The notes under the pieces were generated by a model. It had not been told where the DNA came from. It saw only the letters and a list, made by a program, of their open reading frames with translations, and ran no database searches. The position numbers and the translations under genes were made by a program. A stretch of DNA of 15,747 nt from a bacterium (GTDB taxonomy: Bacteria > Desulfobacterota > DSWW01), in NCBI GenBank assembly GCA_040756235.1, contig JBFLZG010000013.1:1-15747 (forward strand), read 5' to 3'. This document shows, in pieces, positions 1 through 6,779 of the stretch (the first letter of the stretch is position 1; every line of letters begins with the position of its first letter).

Positions 1-90
1 GAGGGGGACCAGGCGGTGATTGCGCGCGTAGCGACGCCACCTCCCGGACCCAGGGGGTTGCTTCGGTCGCCTGGCTCCCTCGCAATGTCC
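1..90. repeat. Degenerate REP-like intergenic palindrome, left arm probably cut by the window edge
   Basis: GAGGGGGACCAGGCG (1-15) is an imperfect inverted repeat of CGCCTGGCTCCCTC (68-81). The right arm TTGCTTCGGTCGCCTGGCTCCCTCGCAATG resembles the widespread 'TTGCTTCG...CCTCGCAATGAC' intergenic repeats. Confidence 0.5.
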
Positions 91-172
91 GCCGATATTG
101 CCGGCCGCTCAAGCGGCCTTGGCCGGGAGTGCTCTTGGCCGTTTATCGACAGCAGCAGAGGAGAACGGACCC

Positions 173-1315
173 ATGCCGATCGATGAGAAGACGCTGACCG
201 ACAGGGAAAAGGAGCTTGCCCTCCAGTTCCAGGCGACCAAGGACCGGCTGCGCGAAACCAAGCGCCAGGTGGCGATGGTCATGGACCTGAACAAGTGCAT
301 CGGCTGCCAGCTTTGCTCCATGGCCTGCAAGTCGCTCTGGACCAGCCTCGAGGGCCGGGAGTACATGTGGTGGAACAAGGTGAACACGCTGCCGGGCAAG
401 GGCTCGCCCAAGGACTGGGAGCGGAAAGGGGGCGGCTACCGCGTGCTGTTCGGCGGCAAGGTCCGCGACCCCGTGCGGGGGGAGCTGCCGACCCGCAAGG
501 ACTTTGGCGACATGTGGAAGCTCAACTTCGACGAGGTCTTCACGGGCAAGGCGGGGGAAAAGACGCTCAAGGCCCTGAACCCGGACGGGAGCGAGCCCGA
601 CTGGGCCATGAACTGGGACGAGGACCAGGGCGGCGGCACCTACCCGAACGCCTTCTACTTCTACATGCCCAGGGTGTGCAACCACTGCACCTACCCGGCC
701 TGCGTGGACGCCTGCCCGCGCAACGCGATCTACAAGCGCGAGGAGGACGGGGCCGTGGTGGTCGATCAGGATCGGTGCAAGGGCTACCGGTTCTGCCTCG
801 AGTCGTGCCCTTACAAGGTCATCTATTTCAATTTCGTCCAGAAGACCAGCATGAAGTGCATCTTCTGCTACCCCAGGCTCGAGCAGAACGTGGCCACCGC
901 CTGCTCCCGGCAGTGCACGGGACGGGTCCGGTTCCTGGGGTTCCTGGATGACGTGAAGGGACCGATCCACAAGCTCGTCAAAGTGTGGAAGGTCGCGCTG
1001 CCCCTTCATCCCGAATACGGCACGGAGCCCAACGTGTTCTACGTCCCGCCGCTGGCGCCGCCGCGGCTGGACGATCAGGGGAAGATCGACCCGACCAAAC
1101 CCAGGATCCCGACCGCCTACCTGCGCTTCCTGTTCGGCCCCGAGGTGGAGAAGGCGCTCGAGACGCTCCAGGGCGAGCTCGCCAAGGTGCGGGGAGGCGG
1201 AAAGTCCGAGCTCATGGACACCCTCATCGCCAGGCAATGGTTGAACATGTTCGGCCCCTTCAAGACCGATCCCGCCACCCTCCAGAGAGTGCCTGAGAAG
1301 GCGAAACAGACATGA
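173..1315 (+). CDS. Type II DMSO-reductase-family iron-sulfur (beta) subunit, EbdB/S25dB/PcrB-like, 380 aa
   Basis: Four Cys groups: DLNKCIGCQLCSMAC, CNHCTYPACVDAC, CKGYRFCLESCPYK (three ligands, [3Fe-4S] type) and CIFCYPR...ACSRQC. Family motifs NWDEDQGGG and WKVALPLHPEYGTEPNVFYVPP. The ATG at 173 follows GAGGAG (158-163) and is preferred over the TTG at 98. Confidence 0.95.
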   Translation: MPIDEKTLTDREKELALQFQATKDRLRETKRQVAMVMDLNKCIGCQLCSMACKSLWTSLEGREYMWWNKVNTLPGKGSPKDWERKGGGYRVLFGGKVRDPVRGELPTRKDFGDMWKLNFDEVFTGKAGEKTLKALNPDGSEPDWAMNWDEDQGGGTYPNAFYFYMPRVCNHCTYPACVDACPRNAIYKREEDGAVVVDQDRCKGYRFCLESCPYKVIYFNFVQKTSMKCIFCYPRLEQNVATACSRQCTGRVRFLGFLDDVKGPIHKLVKVWKVALPLHPEYGTEPNVFYVPPLAPPRLDDQGKIDPTKPRIPTAYLRFLFGPEVEKALETLQGELAKVRGGGKSELMDTLIARQWLNMFGPFKTDPATLQRVPEKAKQT

Positions 1316-2052
1316 GCACGCAGCAGCAATTGCAGCAGCAGAAGGACATTCGACTCGAAAGCGCCCCGCTGGAGACCGAGGAACAGCGCGGGGCGGGAAA
1401 CCGCTCCAGGCTCTATCTCCTCCTTTGCAGCTCCTTCGCCTATCCCGACGCTTCCTTCTGTGAGAGCCTGGCCGGAGGCGAGCTTGCGGCCGCGGCGCGC
1501 GAGCTGATGCGAAGCCTCCCCTACACCGTTCCCGAGGCGGGGCGGGAGCTGGCCGGGCTCGAGGAGGCGGCCGGGCAGGCCAGGGCCGAGGACGTGCAGA
1601 TCGAGTTCGTGCGGCTGTTCGAGGCCGGGATCGGAGGCCCTCCCTGCGCCCTCGTCGAGGGCATGTACGATCGCGACCGCAAGGAGGTCATGAAGGAGCT
1701 CATCCTTTTCTACAATCACTTCGGGCTGAGCTACGCGGAGGGGGACCAGGCCGAAAGGCCCGATCACATCTGCCTGGAGACGGAGTTCCTCCACTACCTC
1801 ACCTTCAAGGAAGTGCACGCCCTGCAGTGCGGCAAGGACCCTGCCGCCTATCGCCGTGCCCAGCGGGACTTCCTCGCGCGGCACCCCCTGAGCTGGATCG
1901 GAAAGGCCTCGGACAAGCTGGGGCGGATCTCCGAAAACGTTCCGGAGAATGCCGCGCGCGCGGCCATCCTGTTTTTCAACCATCTGCTTCGGCTGAGCCA
2001 TCGATTCCTCGAGGCCGACCATCGCTACCTCCAGGCACGGCTCGAGCACTGA
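1312..2052 (+). CDS. Private molybdoenzyme chaperone (TorD/DmsD/NarJ family, EbdD/PcrD-like), 246 aa
   Basis: [16 protein letters not shown] signature, plus FYNHFGL and [16 protein letters not shown] overlap with the beta-subunit stop. Confidence 0.92.
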   Translation: MSTQQQLQQQKDIRLESAPLETEEQRGAGNRSRLYLLLCSSFAYPDASFCESLAGGELAAAARELMRSLPYTVPEAGRELAGLEEAAGQARAEDVQIEFVRLFEAGIGGPPCALVEGMYDRDRKEVMKELILFYNHFGLSYAEGDQAERPDHICLETEFLHYLTFKEVHALQCGKDPAAYRRAQRDFLARHPLSWIGKASDKLGRISENVPENAARAAILFFNHLLRLSHRFLEADHRYLQARLEH

Positions 2053-2068
2053 ATCGCGAACATCGCCC

Positions 2069-2827
2069 ATGTCGCCTGCAAAGAAGATCACGGACACTCA
2101 GGTCTGGCGTTCCATATTCCGGCACCGCTTCGAGGACACCCCTCGGAACCGGGCGCTGGCGACGCTCTCCAACTCGTTCCTGCACCTCCATCCGGTCGCC
2201 CTGTCCGAGTCCGCCATGCGGGTCCGGTTCACCTTCTGCCTGGGCGGGCTCACGTTCTTCATGTTTCTGCTGGAGACGGTGACCGGGATCCTGCTCATGT
2301 TCTACTACCGGCCGGTGCCGGAGTACGCCTATCTGGACATGAAGCTCCTGGAGCACACGGTGCGGTTCGGCATGTTTCTGAGGAACCTGCACCGATGGGC
2401 CGGCCACGCCATGGTGATCCTCGTCATGCTGCACATGCTGCGCGTATTTCTCTCCGGCTCCTACAAGCCGCCCCGGGAGCTCAACTGGGTGGTGGGCGTC
2501 ATGCTGCTCGTCACGACCCTGCTCCTCAGCTTCACCGGATATCTGCTCCCGTGGGATCAGATCGCCCTGTGGGCCATCACGGTGGGGACCAAGATGGCCG
2601 GGGCCACGCCGTTCCTGGGCGCGGACGGTCCCTTTCACGAGTGGCTGAACATTCACCCGGGCAACGACATGCGCTTCTTCCTGCTCGGCGACGTGGACGT
2701 GAGCGGGAACGCGCTCCTGAGATTTTACGTGCTCCACTGCGTGCTCCTGCCGGTCGTGGGCGGCCTCCTGATGTTCGTCCACTTCTGGCGGGTGCGCAAA
2801 GACGGCGGCATTTCGAGATCGCTGTAG
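2069..2827 (+). CDS. petB: Cytochrome b6-like subunit (N-terminal half of a split cytochrome b), 252 aa
   Basis: Heme ligands H108/H122 (RNLHRW...LHMLRVF) and H223/H238 (15-residue spacing, b6 type). FCLGG carries the heme ci Cys (C57). Also [18 protein letters not shown] and a C-terminal GGISRSL. Confidence 0.93.
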   Translation: MSPAKKITDTQVWRSIFRHRFEDTPRNRALATLSNSFLHLHPVALSESAMRVRFTFCLGGLTFFMFLLETVTGILLMFYYRPVPEYAYLDMKLLEHTVRFGMFLRNLHRWAGHAMVILVMLHMLRVFLSGSYKPPRELNWVVGVMLLVTTLLLSFTGYLLPWDQIALWAITVGTKMAGATPFLGADGPFHEWLNIHPGNDMRFFLLGDVDVSGNALLRFYVLHCVLLPVVGGLLMFVHFWRVRKDGGISRSL

Positions 2828-2834
2828 GGATGAT

Positions 2835-2947
2835 CCCCTCTCCCCCGGCTGCCGGGGGAGAGGGTCGGGTGAGGGGGAAAACCCTGTGGGGCCGTCACGG
2901 ACTTACCCCTCATCCTAACCTTCTCCCCTCAGTGCGGGGAGAAGGGA
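2835..2947. repeat. Doublet of REP-like palindromes (CCCTCnCCC...GGGAGAGGG family)
   Basis: CCCTCTCCCCCGGC-T-GCCGGGGGAGAGGG (2836-2864) with tail TCGGGTGAGGGGG, then the oppositely oriented CCCCTCATCCTAA-CCTTCTCCCC-TCAGTGC-GGGGAGAAGG (2906-2945). Confidence 0.85.
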
Positions 2948-3008
2948 GAAGAATGGACAGGCTCATGCAGACTGGGGTAATGCAGAGGACCCATGAAAGC
3001 CATCCACC

Positions 3009-3752
3009 ATGGCAGAAGATAAACCGAAAGGCACACATTCGGAGTCGCCGGCGGCGGGCAGGGAGCCGGGCGGCGCTCAGGCCTTCGCCTTTCCGGACCT
3101 CGTCTTCAAGGAGCTGCTCGCCGTGATCGCGGCCACGATCATTCTGATCGTGTGGTCCCTGGCCATGGACGCGCCGCTCAAGGGCATCGCGGACCCGAAT
3201 TGGACCGAGAACCCGGCCAAGGCGCCCTGGTACTTCGTCGGCCTGCAGGAGATGCTGGTCTACTTCGACCCCTGGATCGCCGGCGTTGGGATCCCGCTCA
3301 CGATCATCTTCGGGCTGGCCGCGCTGCCGTACCTCGATCCGAACACGGGAGGGGCCGGTCGCTTCGCCTTCCGGGAGCGCAAGCTCGTGATCCCGGTCTT
3401 CCTGTTCGGGTACCTGCTCTGGTTCGGGCTCATCGTGGTCGGGCAGTTCCTCAGGGGGCCGAACTGGCAGTTCTACTGGCCCTGGGAGAGCTGGGCCGTG
3501 CCGAAGCCGGCCGAACCGCCCCTGGTCAGTCTGCCCAACTCCACCGGCTGGCTCGCCATCGGCGCCTACTTCGCCCTGGGCTTGATGCTCCCGGCCCTGG
3601 CCGGCAGAAAGCTCTTCAGGAGGATGGGTATTCTCCGCTACCTGGTCGCCTGGACCCTGGCGCTCGCCATGTTCGGCGTCTTCGCGAAGATCGTTCTAAG
3701 GCTCTTCTTCCACGTGAAGTATCTGGTCACCACCCCGTATTTCTCGATCTGA
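3009..3752 (+). CDS. petD: Subunit IV-like protein (C-terminal half of split cytochrome b) with extra helices, 247 aa
   Basis: FPDLVFKE followed by a TM helix, then APL...ADP..TENPAKAPWYF (PEWY-equivalent), LPYLD and RGPNW. About five hydrophobic segments. Directly follows the b6-like gene. Confidence 0.85.
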   Translation: MAEDKPKGTHSESPAAGREPGGAQAFAFPDLVFKELLAVIAATIILIVWSLAMDAPLKGIADPNWTENPAKAPWYFVGLQEMLVYFDPWIAGVGIPLTIIFGLAALPYLDPNTGGAGRFAFRERKLVIPVFLFGYLLWFGLIVVGQFLRGPNWQFYWPWESWAVPKPAEPPLVSLPNSTGWLAIGAYFALGLMLPALAGRKLFRRMGILRYLVAWTLALAMFGVFAKIVLRLFFHVKYLVTTPYFSI

Positions 3753-3768
3753 CCCTGGGACAGGTCTC

Positions 3769-6021
3769 ATGGCGAACATCCGGGCAAGATTCCACCTGCG
3801 CGTCTGGTTCCTGCTCCTGGGGCTGGGTCTCACGGCAGCCACGTTCTTCGTCTTCCGGTCGGACGAGAGGCAGATCTGGAAAAGATATCAGCGGGAGTAC
3901 AGAGAGGCCCATCGCCAGAAACTGCTGGAGAAGAGAGCGGAGGCGGCCGCCAGCCGGGACGAGACCGACTTGAAGAAGTGGTCTCATCTCATCGAGGAGG
4001 CGAAAGACGGGGACGGGCAGGGCATCCGGCAGATCTATCTGCCCGAGGCCGGGATCCACGATCTGTGCCAGACCTGCCATCAGGCAATGGAGAACCCGCT
4101 CTTTCAGTTCGCGGCCAACCCGCTGACCAACCACCCGGTCGAGATCTTGAAGCAGCACAAACCCGGCCGCTTCGGCTGCACCCTGTGCCATCACGGACAG
4201 GGGGTGGGGCTCACCCCCCGCAAGGCCCACGGCGACGAGCCCAACTGGCCTCAGCCGCGCGTGCCGCGCCGCTACATGCAGGCCCTGTGCCTCGGCTGCC
4301 ACGAGACGCCCTTCCAGCTCGCAGGGGCGGAAAAAGCCGAACAGGGCAGGCGCCTGTTCCTGGACAACGGCTGCTACGGCTGTCACGATGCCCGCGCGCT
4401 GAGCGGGCTCCCTTCCAAAGCGCACCCCCTGGACGGGGCCGGCCTCAAGCTCGAGAGCGAAGCCTGGCTCGCGCAGTGGATCCGGGATCCGCCCGGGATC
4501 CGGCCCGGCACGACCATGCCGTCCTTTCGCCTGGAGGAGCAGGAGCTTCGGGACCTCATTGCCTTCGTCTCTGCCCGCAAGGAGCTGCCGCAGCCGCTGC
4601 CTCCGTATGCGGCGGAGGCGGCCTCTGCCGATATCGGAAAAGAGCTGTTCACCAAGAAAGGGTGCATCGGCTGCCACGGCGTCGAACGCGGTGACGCCAC
4701 CGCCTCGAGGCTCGTCCCGAACCTGGCGGACGCCGGTTTGAAGCTCTCGGGCGCGTGGATCCGGGCCTGGCTGGAAGAGCCTTCCGCCATGAACCCCGAG
4801 ACGCCCATGCCCAAGCTCACGCTGACGGCCGAGGAGCGGCGAGACCTCACTGCCTACCTGAAGTCGCAGCAGAACCCGGAGGTGGCCGCCCTGCTTGCGG
4901 CGGCCGGCGCGGCCGCAAGCAGCGGAGGAGGGAAAGGAGGACAGGGAGACGCGGAGCAAGGGGCGCGCGTTGTCCAGATCATGGGCTGCTACGGGTGCCA
5001 CAAGCTGCGCGGGACCGAGGGGCTGGCGCGGCCCGGCCTCGAGGTCGCCGAAGTGGCCAAGAAGCGCCTGGAAGAGCTGCCCTTCGGCAACTCGACCGTT
5101 GCCCAGACCAAGTGGGACTGGCTTTCCAACAAGATCCGCCAGCCGGCCGTCTATCAGACCGAGGACATGCGACTGAAGATGCCCGATTACAGGCTCGCGG
5201 ATGACGAGGTCGAGAGCCTGACGATCTTCTATCTGCAGAACCGCGCCTACGACCTGCCGGACGGCATGCTCTACAGGGACCCCGACCGCACGGGAATCTT
5301 GGCACGCGGCCAGTGGCTGATCGACCGGCACAACTGCGGTGCCTGTCACCAGCTCGACGAAGGCCTCCTGCCGCGGATCGACCGCTTCTTCGAGCTCAAG
5401 TCGCTCGTTCCTCCGCGGCTCGTGGGTGAGGGAGAGCGGGTCCAGCCGCAGTGGTTCTTCCAGTACCTGAGCCGGCCCGTGGTGCTCAGGCCCTGGCTCG
5501 AGATCCGCATGCCCCAGTTCGACTGGACCTATGAAGAGCGCAAGGGCCTGGTCGCCTATTTCACGGAACGCCTGCCGGCAGAGTCCCGCCCGGCGGCCGC
5601 AGTCCCCTACGTGCTGCTGCCCGTCCGGGAGGACGTTTCCGACGAGAGCGTCGCCATGGGCGAGTACCGGGTCCGCACCGACAAGTGCGTGCAGTGTCAT
5701 CCGATCTCGCTCGACGGCCAGCTTCCGGAAGGCATCAAGCTGGAGGACCTCTCCATCAACCTCATGCTCTCCAAGGGCCGGCTGCGCTACGAGTGGATCA
5801 AGAATTTCCTGCGCAACCCGGACCGTTACGCCGGCGCCGGGACCAAGATGCCGTTCGTTTACTACACCCCGGACGGCGTGCCGCGCATCCCGGAACCCGA
5901 GAAGTGGATCGAATACTCGGCCCTGTATCTCATGTTCATGGAGCAGGCACCGGAAGCGCCCAAAGAGGATAAGATCGAAGACATCCGGCCAGGCACGGAC
6001 GTCGACTGGACGCAGTACTGA
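3769..6021 (+). CDS. Membrane-anchored octaheme c-type cytochrome, 750 aa
   Basis: N-terminal hydrophobic anchor. Eight CxxCH motifs: CQTCH 4066, CTLCH 4177, CLGCH 4288, CYGCH 4372, CIGCH 4663, CYGCH 4987, CGACH 5335, CVQCH 5686. Each of the last five is followed by a W..W...P...MP segment. Confidence 0.93.
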   Translation: MANIRARFHLRVWFLLLGLGLTAATFFVFRSDERQIWKRYQREYREAHRQKLLEKRAEAAASRDETDLKKWSHLIEEAKDGDGQGIRQIYLPEAGIHDLCQTCHQAMENPLFQFAANPLTNHPVEILKQHKPGRFGCTLCHHGQGVGLTPRKAHGDEPNWPQPRVPRRYMQALCLGCHETPFQLAGAEKAEQGRRLFLDNGCYGCHDARALSGLPSKAHPLDGAGLKLESEAWLAQWIRDPPGIRPGTTMPSFRLEEQELRDLIAFVSARKELPQPLPPYAAEAASADIGKELFTKKGCIGCHGVERGDATASRLVPNLADAGLKLSGAWIRAWLEEPSAMNPETPMPKLTLTAEERRDLTAYLKSQQNPEVAALLAAAGAAASSGGGKGGQGDAEQGARVVQIMGCYGCHKLRGTEGLARPGLEVAEVAKKRLEELPFGNSTVAQTKWDWLSNKIRQPAVYQTEDMRLKMPDYRLADDEVESLTIFYLQNRAYDLPDGMLYRDPDRTGILARGQWLIDRHNCGACHQLDEGLLPRIDRFFELKSLVPPRLVGEGERVQPQWFFQYLSRPVVLRPWLEIRMPQFDWTYEERKGLVAYFTERLPAESRPAAAVPYVLLPVREDVSDESVAMGEYRVRTDKCVQCHPISLDGQLPEGIKLEDLSINLMLSKGRLRYEWIKNFLRNPDRYAGAGTKMPFVYYTPDGVPRIPEPEKWIEYSALYLMFMEQAPEAPKEDKIEDIRPGTDVDWTQY

Positions 6022-6136
6022 TGGAGAGAGACTGTCACCGGAGCCGTCCGCCCGCGAGGGTGCTTACGCGGCCCGGGCGGCAGGCCCTGCTGCCGTCGGC
6101 CGCGGCCGCCGGGGTTTCGTCCGAGCGAGGCGGTTC

Positions 6137-6745
6137 ATGAAACGTTCGACCGTCAATCTGGCTGTCGACGCTCTGGCCTTTACGGCCTTCCTCCTGCTCA
6201 CGGCCTCCGGCGTCCTGGTCCGCTACGTGCTCCCTCCCGGCTCCGGACGCTTCGCCAGCGTGTGGGGGTTGGACCGCCACGACTGGGGAGAGATCCACTT
6301 CTGGATCGCCGTCCTCATGCTGGCCGCCCTGTCTTTTCACTTCTTTCTCCACTGGCGCTGGATCGTGTGCATGGTGCAGGGCCGCCCGCGCCAGGGGAGC
6401 GGATTCCGGGTCGCACTGGCCCTGATCGGGCTGGTTGCGCTCCTGGCGATCGCAGCCGCCCCATTCCTGGTCCCGGTCGAGAAGACCGGGGTACCCCCGC
6501 AAAGGCAGGGTCCGGCCGGGACGCAGCCGGGCGGCGGTCACGACGTAACCGGCTCGATGACCCTGCGAGAGGTGGAGGAGCGGACCGGAGTCCCGGCCGC
6601 CGCGATCCTCGGCGAGCTGGGCCTTCCGCCCGACGTGCCCGTGGACGAGCGGCTGGGCCGACTCGGCAGGACGTACGGTTTCGACATGGGGGATGTGCGT
6701 CGAATCCTCTCCCGGCGAGGCGCCGGGCAAGAGAGGGGGCGCTGA
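6137..6745 (+). CDS. DUF4405-family membrane protein (putative small b-type cytochrome) with a soluble C-terminal domain, 202 aa
   Basis: MKRSTVNLAVD...SG...WGLDRHDWGEIHFW...FHFFLHWRWI, three TM segments and a C-terminal GSMTLREVEERTGVP domain. ATG at 6137 follows GAGG. The ORF track's 5531 start overlaps the cytochrome gene. Confidence 0.85.
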   Translation: MKRSTVNLAVDALAFTAFLLLTASGVLVRYVLPPGSGRFASVWGLDRHDWGEIHFWIAVLMLAALSFHFFLHWRWIVCMVQGRPRQGSGFRVALALIGLVALLAIAAAPFLVPVEKTGVPPQRQGPAGTQPGGGHDVTGSMTLREVEERTGVPAAAILGELGLPPDVPVDERLGRLGRTYGFDMGDVRRILSRRGAGQERGR

Positions 6746-6779
6746 GGCAGGCGCCAGGCCTCCCGGGGAGCTTGGACAG

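Noticed and set aside
173..1315. Calling the beta subunit NarH (respiratory nitrate reductase)
   Set aside because: It is shorter than the NarH proteins I know, no NarI follows, and the motifs look closer to EbdB/PcrB-type proteins. Substrate cannot be assigned without alpha.
6067..6104. Intrinsic terminator after the octaheme gene
   Set aside because: The GC-rich hairpin is imperfect and has no U-tract.
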